Shown here: piece by piece, positions 18,402 through 26,997 of the stretch
Numbering within the stretch: position 1 is the first letter of the stretch
Layout of the letters: each line of letters begins with the position of its first letter
Program-made: the position numbers and the translations under genes
Virus record (IMG/VR): IMGVR_UViG_3300013901_000015
Span: 11,879 to 75,878 of that record
Direction: 5' to 3' (one strand)
Origin: a virus
Taxonomy: Duplodnaviria; Caudoviricetes
DNA length: 64,000 nucleotides
Notes under the pieces: model-generated
Database searches by the model: none
Seen by the model: the letters and a program-made list of their open reading frames with translations, nothing else
Told to the model about the DNA's origin: nothing

Positions 18402-18920
18402 TTAGCCCTCCATTAATGATTTTACTAACTCCTCCTTTGTTTTGAAGATATACTTCTCGTCTGTGTATCTGCCTTGCGCTCCCATCAAGATGTATTTCTT
18501 CTCGATTCCTTTCTTGCCCTTTACAAGGTTGATGTACAAGATTTCGTCCTTGGTTATCTTGTTATTATCCATTCTGTACACCTCCTGACCAACATAGAAG
18601 TTGCTCTGTAGGGTGGTCGCTGCGGTCGGGTAAATCTGATAATCTTCCAAGTATAAGAAGAAACCGGCATATAACTTGTTGCCACCATCTATGTCGCTCT
18701 TCATCTCATCGAAGATTTCTTGCTCGCTCTTCTCGTACTCCTCTAACTGGGTGTTTCCGTCCTCGTCCTCCACCTCTTTCTCTCCATAGGTGCAATATCC
18801 GCAACCATCAGTGTTTGCGATGTCCATACCTGCTGAAAGAGCCTTGACTAGGTCTTGAACGTTCTCCAACTCTCTTCCTACAAAGTTAGTATCTTTGAAA
18901 AATACGTCTGTTGTCTTCAT
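18402..18920 (-). CDS. acidic hypothetical protein
   Basis: 172 aa; C-terminal FYVGQEVY...IFKTKEELVKSL resembles the 5376-5585 protein. Confidence 0.6.
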   Translation of the reverse strand: MKTTDVFFKDTNFVGRELENVQDLVKALSAGMDIANTDGCGYCTYGEKEVEDEDGNTQLEEYEKSEQEIFDEMKSDIDGGNKLYAGFFLYLEDYQIYPTAATTLQSNFYVGQEVYRMDNNKITKDEILYINLVKGKKGIEKKYILMGAQGRYTDEKYIFKTKEELVKSLMEG

Positions 18921-18950
18921 ATCTTATTCTCCTATAATTAAAATGGTTTG

Positions 18951-19280
18951 TTACTTGTTATTGATGATTCTTGCAGAATAAGTTCTGCCGATGATGTTAT
19001 CTATCTTTGCTTGTCTCTGATAGTCGGTGCAGTCGGCAAAATCCTCTTGCCCCTCATAGAAACGTGCTGCGCTCTTCAATTCGTGAAGGCTTGCTTTGGT
19101 GAAGTCCTTGCTTGGATTCACTTGGCGAAGATTCTCACAAGTCTTGCAATACTGGATGAAGTCAATTAACTCCTTGCGCTCCGTCTCACGTGCGTGTGCG
19201 TGCGCATAAGAAGTGATGGCTACCAAAGGTAGGGCAACTATCGTTGCCACTACCAAATATCTCTTAATGCTTCTTCTCAT
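18951..19280 (-). CDS. exported or membrane-anchored hypothetical protein
   Basis: N-terminal YLVVATIVALPLVAITSYAHA. Confidence 0.55.
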   Translation of the reverse strand: MRRSIKRYLVVATIVALPLVAITSYAHAHARETERKELIDFIQYCKTCENLRQVNPSKDFTKASLHELKSAARFYEGQEDFADCTDYQRQAKIDNIIGRTYSARIINNK

Positions 19281-19494
19281 ATCTGATGATGTTTCTAATT
19301 GTCTGTGATAATGTATTGTAGGCTTGCTCGGATTCGTCTTGTGTCTCGTAACAAGCTATCGTCTTGTAAACGTCTCCGCTTCTGGTCTTGACCCCTAGCT
19401 GATATGGCTTGCGGTCTCCGAAGTAGTCCGTTACATCAAGAGAAACAAAAGTTCCTCGCTTGATGGTCTGCTTAATATATCCTTTCTTGCCCAT
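19264..19494 (-). CDS. hypothetical protein
   Basis: 76-aa ORF in the array. Confidence 0.5.
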   Translation of the reverse strand: MGKKGYIKQTIKRGTFVSLDVTDYFGDRKPYQLGVKTRSGDVYKTIACYETQDESEQAYNTLSQTIRNIIRYEKKH

Positions 19495-19498
19495 TGTC

Positions 19499-19684
19499 TT
19501 ACGAATTAATCTTCTTGTTAAGTCTTAATAATGCTCTGTCTGTTTCCTCCGTAAATCGAACACTTGATTCTACAACTACATATTTGCCAGCTGCCTTGCG
19601 GTATCTGTGCTCCTTGTACGCTGCAAGGAGTATGGATATTGCGTTAAACTCCTTGTCTGTTAGTTCAATCTTAATTTTCTCCAT
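19499..19684 (-). CDS. hypothetical protein
   Basis: 61-aa ORF, MEKIKIELTDKEF start. Confidence 0.5.
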   Translation of the reverse strand: MEKIKIELTDKEFNAISILLAAYKEHRYRKAAGKYVVVESSVRFTEETDRALLRLNKKINS

Positions 19685-19997
19685 ATGACATTAATTTTAT
19701 GTCTATATTGTAAGGAAGTGTGTGCATTGGCTTATCCTCCTCGTTGGTGTACTTGAAGAAGTTCTTCGATTGGTCTCCTCCAAATTTATTAATGGTGGAT
19801 TCTATCGTACCTTTGCATATCTGATGCGTTAACTCAACACTCCAATAATGGTAAATCGAAGAAAGTTGAAACTCCATCTTGTCTAGTCTAGCCAGTGCAA
19901 TAAGCCCGAAATCGGGATTTACGAACAACATGTTTTGACCTACGAAAATAGCGTCTATTCTGTTGGTTGCGTCCTTTGTTACTCTAATTACTTTCAT
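19671..19997 (-). CDS. hypothetical protein
   Basis: 108-aa ORF in the array. Confidence 0.5.
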   Translation of the reverse strand: MKVIRVTKDATNRIDAIFVGQNMLFVNPDFGLIALARLDKMEFQLSSIYHYWSVELTHQICKGTIESTINKFGGDQSKNFFKYTNEEDKPMHTLPYNIDIKLMSYGEN

Positions 19998-20010
19998 TGT
20001 CCTATTATGT

Positions 20011-20286
20011 TTAAATGTTCATATACTCTTCCTTGGTGTGGTGTCCATTAAACCAAATGTCGTTTGATTCCTTTACGTTACCTCTCCATCTGTCTACGTT
20101 GTGTAACTTATAGATGTTATCAACATATCTATCGAATATGGATTTAACCTTATTAACCTTTTCGAGTACCTTGTTTCTAACCTCTTTGCTTGGTCTTCCG
20201 TCCTTCCATGAATCGCACATCAGATAATTCATGATGTATGTTAACTGCTTGTACAACTCATAAGGCGATTTTTTCTTATTCTTCAT
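20011..20286 (-). CDS. hypothetical protein
   Basis: 91-aa ORF in the array. Confidence 0.5.
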   Translation of the reverse strand: MKNKKKSPYELYKQLTYIMNYLMCDSWKDGRPSKEVRNKVLEKVNKVKSIFDRYVDNIYKLHNVDRWRGNVKESNDIWFNGHHTKEEYMNI

Positions 20287-20303
20287 TGTCTTGTATTGTT
20301 TGC

Positions 20304-20352
20304 GTGGGGAGTGCGCTTGCGCACTGGGGGCGCTGCCCCCTTATCTCCCCAC
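20304..20352. repeat. GC-rich three-way-junction element, copy 1
   Basis: GTGGGGAG-[TGCGC TT GCGCA]-[GGGGGC GCT GCCCCC]-TTAT-CTCCCCAC. Confidence 0.8.
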
Positions 20353-20453
20353 TGGTTTATTACTCATCGGGCAAATGCTTGCCTTTCTCTATTGCCATTC
20401 TAAAGATGAATCCAATAATGGCTCCAAGTACATAAGGTGTTATATCTAGCATA

Positions 20454-20657
20454 TCACTTGCCCTCCATTATCTTCTTGTTGTACTTGTCGATGTCTTTCT
20501 CCGCTCTGCCGATTGCCTTGTCTATCTGTGTCAAGGCATCCTCGTGCAAGTTATAGAAGTATTCGTTTTCTCCTCTCTTGCCCTTGTTTCTTCTGACAAT
20601 ACAATTAAGTATTACCAACTGGTCGTGAGTGAGCGAAATGTTGTATCTCTTCTCCAT
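20454..20657 (-). CDS. hypothetical protein
   Basis: 67-aa ORF, MEKRYNISLTHDQL start. Confidence 0.5.
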   Translation of the reverse strand: MEKRYNISLTHDQLVILNCIVRRNKGKRGENEYFYNLHEDALTQIDKAIGRAEKDIDKYNKKIMEGK

Positions 20658-20746
20658 AGTCTGTTCCTTTCTTTTAATTGTTATTACTTGTGCGGTCTCA
20701 CGTCTTGAACGTGAAGTGCTCCTCTATTCGCTGACCGCTCCTTGAT

Positions 20747-20992
20747 TTACATCTTGCCAAAGTTGAAGATTCTAACAAACTGGTATAAGGTTTCTCTGTC
20801 GCAAAGGTGGTACAAGTCCTCAAAGATAAACTCCTTGCACTCTCTTGTGCCCTCTCTGTAGGTCTCCTGCATCTGCTTTGCGGTTGCGTTGCCACAATCT
20901 AGCCAGTACAAGAAGATAGCCCCTAATGATTCGTAGTCGTTACTCTCATCATAGAATTTCTTCTGCTGCTCATAAGTCTTGTTCTTTCTCAT
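20747..20992 (-). CDS. hypothetical protein
   Basis: 81-aa ORF in the array. Confidence 0.55.
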   Translation of the reverse strand: MRKNKTYEQQKKFYDESNDYESLGAIFLYWLDCGNATAKQMQETYREGTRECKEFIFEDLYHLCDRETLYQFVRIFNFGKM

Positions 20993-21478
20993 TGTCGTAT
21001 ATCTTTAAAAGTTCTCTACTAAGTTGTCTAGGGTGGATTCCTCTCCACTGCCTAGCCAGTTCTGAAAATGCTTGAGGGCTCTTCTTATTGTGGCAACCTC
21101 TTCTTGTGATAAGTTCTTTATCATTATCTTACCTCCTATATTAATAGTTTAACTTGTTCTTTAATGCTATTATCTCCTCGATGAGGGATTCAGCGAAATG
21201 CTCGGGATATGCTCCAATTTTCTCGTAACTTTGAATCGTTGGGATTCTATTGTCTAAAGCGATGATAATTGTTTGTATCTCATCACTTGTAAGTGTTATT
21301 GTTTTCTCCATTATGTGACCTCCTATAATTAGTTATAAACTCCTTGATTGCACTTGCTAGGGCATCTACCCAACTTGCAAGTATAATAGTCGTAGTCTTG
21401 CGATATTGGCGAGTAGTGATAAACTCTGTACTCGCAATCGCTGCAATATTCGTTTATCATTGTCTTGTGTCCGTTAGG

Positions 21479-21526
21479 CTCGGGGGAGGGCGAAGCCCTG
21501 GGGGCTTGCCCCCTTATCTCCCGAGG
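21479..21526. repeat. GC-rich three-way-junction element, copy 2
   Basis: CTCGGGGGA-[GGGC GAA GCCC]-T-[GGGGGC TT GCCCCC]-TTAT-CTCCCGAG. Confidence 0.8.
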
Positions 21527-21529
21527 GTG

Positions 21530-21694
21530 TTACTCACTCATTTCATATACCCAAAATGTAGCTATTCTTTTCTCACCTTGTGCGGTGAAAGATAGCTTTG
21601 CAAAATTGTCTGCATCCTCCTTGTTATCGAATTGTCCCGACACATCAGTACTCTTTGTTACATTGTACTGCTTGATAACTAAATACTTCTTCAT
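21530..21694 (-). CDS. small hypothetical protein, first gene of the leftward array
   Basis: Not in the track (54 aa): MKKYLVIKQYNVTKSTDVSGQFDNKEDADNFAKLS... Confidence 0.55.
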   Translation of the reverse strand: MKKYLVIKQYNVTKSTDVSGQFDNKEDADNFAKLSFTAQGEKRIATFWVYEMSE

Positions 21695-22065
21695 TCTGTT
21701 GTTGCTTTAATAATTAAACTTCCGTTACCTAATAAAAGTGGAGGTGTACGTTTCCGCCCAACGTCTGCAAGCTATATGCAGCCTAGCTCCCTCTCTTAAC
21801 GTTCGTGGGTCAACGTGTTTCGATATTTAACCAGTCTAACACGACTGGGTGTTTGCTTCCGTCCTAGAAGAGTGTTTGAGACTTCTTTGTCTTTGCGCCT
21901 TTTGCAGTTCTGCGCTAACTGGGTTGCATTTTCCTTTGATGTTTGAAGAGTTCTATCTCTCTGCCTTTTCCCGACTAATCTGTTACTTTATAGAGGTAGT
22001 TAAACGTGAAGTGCTAACGTGCCATCGTTCCTCTTTGAAATCTCGTTGTAACTTGATTTCGAGTG

Positions 22066-22097
22066 CAAAAGTATGATTATAATCTCACATTACCAAA
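22066..22097 (-). promoter_or_regulatory. leftward Bacteroidetes consensus promoter
   Basis: Minus strand TTTG-N20-TACTTTTG, driving the small-gene array through a ~360-nt leader. Confidence 0.8.
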
Positions 22098-22214
22098 TAT
22101 TTTGAGGGAAAAGTGTATTACTTTAATGTTCCTTAACCATAAATGTTAGTTTATTAACAGAATATTACACATTTTACTATATTGTGGTATTATAATATGA
22201 TTTTAAGGCTAAAG

Positions 22215-22246
22215 TTTGGTTATTACAGAAAAAAGATGTATCTTTG
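22215..22246 (+). promoter_or_regulatory. rightward Bacteroidetes consensus promoter
   Basis: TTTG-N20-TATCTTTG upstream of the HTH gene. Confidence 0.8.
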
Positions 22247-22271
22247 CAGTCAAATTATAATAATACAGAAT

Positions 22272-22568
22272 ATGGATATAAAAGGCAAGATAAAGGAAAA
22301 AGGGTTTAGCATGGTATCTGTTGCGAAAGAAATGGGTATCACAAGAGAAACGTTGTATGCTAACATATCGGGGAATACAACATATAAAACTATGCGCAAA
22401 GTGGCTGACGTTATTGGCTGCAAGGTCTCGGAGTTCTTCGAGGATGAGGAAGATAAAAAAGGAGACTTCGCCAGTTACATTCGGTATCGTGGCATACATT
22501 ACACTGCCGACACTCTGGACGAGTTCTTTAAACAAGTGGATGAGTTGAGGACTATCACCAAGGAGTAA
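22272..22568 (+). CDS. XRE-family HTH regulator
   Basis: Start MDIKGKIKEKG follows the promoter; SMVSVAKEMGITRETLYANISGN...ADVIGCKVSEFF. Confidence 0.8.
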   Translation: MDIKGKIKEKGFSMVSVAKEMGITRETLYANISGNTTYKTMRKVADVIGCKVSEFFEDEEDKKGDFASYIRYRGIHYTADTLDEFFKQVDELRTITKE

Positions 22569-22589
22569 GGGCGCAAGCCCCCTCGGGCG

Positions 22590-22636
22590 TGGGGAGCGGC
22601 GCCAGCCGCTGGGGGCGCTGCCCCCTTATCTCCCCA
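22590..22636. repeat. GC-rich three-way-junction element, copy 3
   Basis: TGGGG-[AGCGGC GCCA GCCGCT]-[GGGGGC GCT GCCCCC]-TTAT-CTCCCCA. Confidence 0.8.
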
Positions 22637-22691
22637 AGGTTCTCTTCCCTCTCTCCCCTGAATATACCTACATACACTCCAAGATACATTT

Positions 22692-22735
22692 CATCGTACT
22701 TCCATCGGAGTTACATCGGACTTGTATCGGACTTA
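22692..22735. repeat. four tandem 11-bp iteron-like repeats
   Basis: CATCGTACTTC CATCGGAGTTA CATCGGACTTG TATCGGACTTA. Confidence 0.7.
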
Positions 22736-23298
22736 TCCAAGAAGAGCGCATTATACTTTGAGATACCCTCGAAATATCCTCTCTAGACCATTGTTTCTAG
22801 ATTGGCGAAGAATCCAGCACAAAACAGAGAAAAGCCCCGAAAACGGCTGAAATTGGCTCTAGATGGGCTTAAAAATGGGCTTAAACTGGCTCAAAACTCT
22901 CGAATTTGGGAGAAATCTCGGGGAATCGGGCGAAAATCGCAAAAATCGCTGAAAATGACTTGACTTCGAGTGTAACAAGCCCAAGAATGGGAGGAACACA
23001 AGGTTAAATCTTCTTAACGACTGCCTTGTGCGTGCGTGCGTACCTATTAATGCAACTAGCCGAAATCGAGGTAAATGAGCACAAAAGGGCAAATTATCAT
23101 TTATCTTTACACTTTTGTTTTATACTGTCTCGGAAACGATTGAGACTAAACATCTAATAACCAACTACTTGTATTTTCTTTACAATAATCGCTTTATTTG
23201 ACAAAATGGCTCAGTTTAGGGCTGAATAGGTGAATGGGGTGAGGGTAAAATGCGCCCCGACTAACACATTTATGAGGTTTTGAGGACAAATTACCCTC

Positions 23299-23341
23299 AT
23301 CGTGGTATCGGCAAAAGCGACCTTCAAATATTATATATTTG
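23299..23341 (+). promoter_or_regulatory. putative late promoter, copy 1
   Basis: ATCGTGGTATCG-N23-TATATTTG upstream of the ejection-protein operon. Confidence 0.7.
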
Positions 23342-23369
23342 CCCTCGAAATCATCAAATAATAGCTATT

Positions 23370-24155
23370 ATGACAGAAATATTACTTAGAATCCCAAAGG
23401 ACTTGACTGCATCCCCAGTGATGGCAGACAAGAAGGAGTGGGTATTGGGTGCTGCCAGTCTTGCAGCAGGTGTCGCTTCCTCCATCTTTGGCGCAAACAA
23501 GGCGAAGAAGGCAGCGAGAAAGGCGCAAGCCGAGAACACTTACAGGACGAACGCTGAAAAGGCATGGTACGATAAGAACTACAACACGGACTACCTAGAC
23601 ACCAAGGCAGGGCAGAATCTTATGAGACGTGCCAAGGAGGTGCAAGATGAGTATGTTCGCAAGGCAGATGGCGCTGCGGCTGTTGGTGGTGGCACTGCCG
23701 CTTCCGTGGCGATGGCTAAGGAGCAAGCAAACAAGGCGATGGGAGACACGATTGCCAACGTTGCAGCCCAAGACACTGCAAGAAAGCAACAAGTGGAGGA
23801 TGCTCATCAACAGAACGTAATGCAGTTGAGCAGAGAGAGACAACAGATTGAGCAAGACAAGGCAAATGCTACTTCTCAAGCGGCTCAAAATATGTCGAAT
23901 GCCCTCTTCTCGGCAGGTGTGAACCAATTGGGGTCAGAACTAGAAGGAGGTAAAGGACTGAATAAGAGCGGTTTAACCAATCCAACACCTACACTTGATA
24001 ACAAAAATGTAACACAAGTGGCTGAGGGACTATCACAGAGAACCAACCCGAACGGATTATTGAATCCTTCCACCACTAGCGGACACACCTTGCTAGATGA
24101 TGCGGTGGGAGTGCTCAACAAGAAGAAGCCAGTCGTGCCCCATGTTGGAGTGTAG
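23370..24155 (+). CDS. putative internal virion/ejection protein
   Basis: Start MTEILLR follows the promoter; LGAASLAAGVASSIFG hydrophobic Gly/Ala segment followed by an Ala/Gln-rich coiled coil, typical of podophage ejected proteins. Confidence 0.6.
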   Translation: MTEILLRIPKDLTASPVMADKKEWVLGAASLAAGVASSIFGANKAKKAARKAQAENTYRTNAEKAWYDKNYNTDYLDTKAGQNLMRRAKEVQDEYVRKADGAAAVGGGTAASVAMAKEQANKAMGDTIANVAAQDTARKQQVEDAHQQNVMQLSRERQQIEQDKANATSQAAQNMSNALFSAGVNQLGSELEGGKGLNKSGLTNPTPTLDNKNVTQVAEGLSQRTNPNGLLNPSTTSGHTLLDDAVGVLNKKKPVVPHVGV

Positions 24156-24398
24156 GAGATAGGTAGAAGGTGGACGGACGAGCGACCGAGGCAAGGAGGA
24201 CAGGAAGACAGGTGTAAACATCGACCCCAAGACCCCCACCCCCTTTGACCACCGTTGCAAATTATAGTAGATAAATACATAAATAAAAATGTCCTCCACC
24301 CCCACCCCCCTCTTTTCCAGAATGGGTTTTCCGATTTTCCCCACCCCCTTAAAAATCGAGAAGTGTTAATAAGTTTAAACGTTTAAATAGAATAGATT

Positions 24399-25592
24399 AT
24401 GACATTAGAAGAAGCAAAGAAGCTATTGAAGAAGGAAGGTTTTGGATTTCGTAAAACATCACGCCCTCTTACTGTCTTTTCTAAGACTTTTGATAGATAT
24501 GAAAGTCCTGAAATTGTAGAGGCTATGCACGTTCTTGTTAAAAACAAATATAATGTGATAATGGAGTCTCGCCTTTTTCACAAGCGCAAGGAACGCTTGA
24601 AGAGGGAGTTTGAGAAGAATACTACAGCTCCTAGAGGAGACTCGTCAGGCATAAAAGGCGAAGGTGGCATTCCGTTGAGTGCAACAGAAGGAGTGCATTT
24701 AAAGTGGGCAGACAATAATAACACAGACGAGAATCCTGCCCTTGAAGAGTCTGCCAAGCTGTTCAACGATGCTTTGTTGGACGAGCAGGCTAAGAAGATT
24801 GAGCACTTGGACGAGCTTTCCGCTTCTCGCAACAAGATCATCGTGAAGCAGAGCAAGAAGATTAGCAAGCTAAGAAAGATTATTCGTGACAAGGATGCTG
24901 TTTTGTCTGACGTATCAGAGGAGCTTCGCCTTTCAAAGGTTCGTGAGGAGAATCTTACTTCCACCTGCCAGAAGTACTTGAAGGAGATTGAGGACTTGGG
25001 CAAGGAGCTGGCTGAGACTAAGAAGATGATTGGTTGGGTACGCAACGCTTCTAAGGAGTACTGCGACTATGGCGTGGATGCTAATAATTTAATCAAGGAG
25101 TTGGCTCGTTTGTATGTTATAGCCTGTAATGACGGTAGTTTCGACAAAGCAATGATTGAACGCTGCAAGAACTATCAGAAGTATGGATTCCATACAACTT
25201 GCAATAGAGAGACTATAAAGGAGATTGACGAAATCGCTAGCCGTCAAGAGTATATGAGAACTGCACCAGAGGAACCTTGTGGTGAGCCTAAGAAGTCAAT
25301 CAACACAGGCGATTATATCTCTAAGGAGGAGTTGATGAAGATTCAAGAGGAGGTTGTCCGCAAAATAACAACGCCACCATTTTCTCCTATTTCTGAGATG
25401 CGTAAAGGTAATGGAATCCTAGACCAGATGGTGGTTGGTGTTGACCTTGGGAAGGGAAAAGACTATACTTCTCATATCATTGTCATTCCAAATGATAATC
25501 CTGTCAGCAAGAAGCCTAATCGAGGACGAGATTATGGAAGGCTGCAAGGAAATGATGCGAATGAACATCAAGTTGATGCGAGATTTGTTTGA
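24399..25592 (+). CDS. coiled-coil hypothetical protein
   Basis: 397-aa ORF with a central heptad region. Confidence 0.65.
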   Translation: MTLEEAKKLLKKEGFGFRKTSRPLTVFSKTFDRYESPEIVEAMHVLVKNKYNVIMESRLFHKRKERLKREFEKNTTAPRGDSSGIKGEGGIPLSATEGVHLKWADNNNTDENPALEESAKLFNDALLDEQAKKIEHLDELSASRNKIIVKQSKKISKLRKIIRDKDAVLSDVSEELRLSKVREENLTSTCQKYLKEIEDLGKELAETKKMIGWVRNASKEYCDYGVDANNLIKELARLYVIACNDGSFDKAMIERCKNYQKYGFHTTCNRETIKEIDEIASRQEYMRTAPEEPCGEPKKSINTGDYISKEELMKIQEEVVRKITTPPFSPISEMRKGNGILDQMVVGVDLGKGKDYTSHIIVIPNDNPVSKKPNRGRDYGRLQGNDANEHQVDARFV

Positions 25593-25609
25593 CGAATAAT
25601 CGTTAATCT

Positions 25610-26983
25610 ATGAGTAAGTTTAGACCAAACAATAATAATAACAATAATGGTTCTCAGCCTCAGCAGCAGAGAGTGCCTATTGCCACTACTGGACCTAGCT
25701 ACATGGTTCAGCAGATGGCGGCACAGAACTTTGCGATGAGGAACGGAGGGCAGTTGCCTACTACTATGGCTGGTGCGCCGAATGGGAATGCTCCTGCGGT
25801 GGCTGCGGCTCCTATGAGCATGAACTTCTTTCAGCAGAATGGCGGTGCGACTGGCAAGTATGAGGCTCCTGTCTTGCAGCAAGAGCCTGACCTTACGCCT
25901 TCCACTCCTGCCCCTGCCCCAGAGTATGGGACAGAGGGAGTACAGTTCGCCAATCCTTCACAGCCTCAGCAGAATGATATGGATTCCTTGTCGGCTGCTC
26001 TGAATGTCTCTGGCGTTTCTCATCCTCAGCAACAGGTTCCCGAGTTTCACGCCGACCCTTCACAGAGGGACGGAGGTTTCTTTGGGTGGCTCAGTGGCTT
26101 GATTCCAAAGAATAGACCGGGTATGCGTGAGGGCGAGACTCCAGACGAGTATGATCGCCGAATCACCACCAACAGGGAGCGTATCGCTGCGTTCGCCGAT
26201 GCCATCCGACACATGGCTAACATAGTGAACACAGCAAAGGGTGCGCCTCTACAGCAGTTCAACGATCCTACTGCCATGCTCGAACAGGGCTATCAGAACA
26301 GGAAGGCTCAGAGAGCACAGAAAGCGGCGGCGGATGCCAATGCAGCTTACAAGATGGCTAACATGACCTTGAAGGAAAGGGCGGCTGAGGCTGCCGATGC
26401 TTACAAGCGAATATCTCTCGGGTACAAGGAATCGGCTGACAGAAGAGAACGAGACAAGTTCAACTACCAGATGGCTAAGGATGCTGCGGCGGCTCAAAGA
26501 CAAGCGGAGCAGGATAAGCAGAAGCAGAGCAACTGGGAGAATCAGTTTAGATTCAGACAGCAACAGGCGGCTATCTCCAATGGTCTCAGACAACAGTCCA
26601 TTGATAAGCGTGGAAGTGGTAAGTCTGGAGGAGGCGGTCGTGGTGGCTCTGGTTCTGGAAACAGCTATCCTTTGTACAACCCAGTTACAGGTCAGACCGA
26701 ACACTTCAAGAACGAGAAGAGCTGGATTGCCAGAGCTAATGAACTTGGATATAAAACAGATACCCCTTCGTCTAGCACTACGAGCCAAGAGGTATATAGC
26801 AAAGATGGAGTTAAAAAGGTATCAAATACTACCAGAGGCAATTCGGTTGCGGCTCAAATCGGTAAGCAGATGGCTCAAAAGAAAGCGGCTGCTAGAAATA
26901 AGCCAAAATCTACTCAAAAGTCAGGAGGAAGCGGAAAGGGTCACAATGCCCTGAACGCTTGGTTTAAGAAGAATAACAAATAA
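25610..26983 (+). CDS. putative ejection protein with Q/N/P-rich disordered N terminus
   Basis: PNNNNNNNGSQPQQQ start, coiled-coil middle and G/S/K-rich tail; directly precedes the giant gene. Confidence 0.6.
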   Translation: MSKFRPNNNNNNNGSQPQQQRVPIATTGPSYMVQQMAAQNFAMRNGGQLPTTMAGAPNGNAPAVAAAPMSMNFFQQNGGATGKYEAPVLQQEPDLTPSTPAPAPEYGTEGVQFANPSQPQQNDMDSLSAALNVSGVSHPQQQVPEFHADPSQRDGGFFGWLSGLIPKNRPGMREGETPDEYDRRITTNRERIAAFADAIRHMANIVNTAKGAPLQQFNDPTAMLEQGYQNRKAQRAQKAAADANAAYKMANMTLKERAAEAADAYKRISLGYKESADRRERDKFNYQMAKDAAAAQRQAEQDKQKQSNWENQFRFRQQQAAISNGLRQQSIDKRGSGKSGGGGRGGSGSGNSYPLYNPVTGQTEHFKNEKSWIARANELGYKTDTPSSSTTSQEVYSKDGVKKVSNTTRGNSVAAQIGKQMAQKKAAARNKPKSTQKSGGSGKGHNALNAWFKKNNK

Positions 26984-26997
26984 AACATATTACATAT

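Noticed and set aside
21740-21860. Possible hammerhead or hatchet ribozyme (CGAAAC and GCAGACGTT words on the minus strand)
   Set aside because: No CTGANGA core or required helices could be assembled by eye; short word matches are expected by chance
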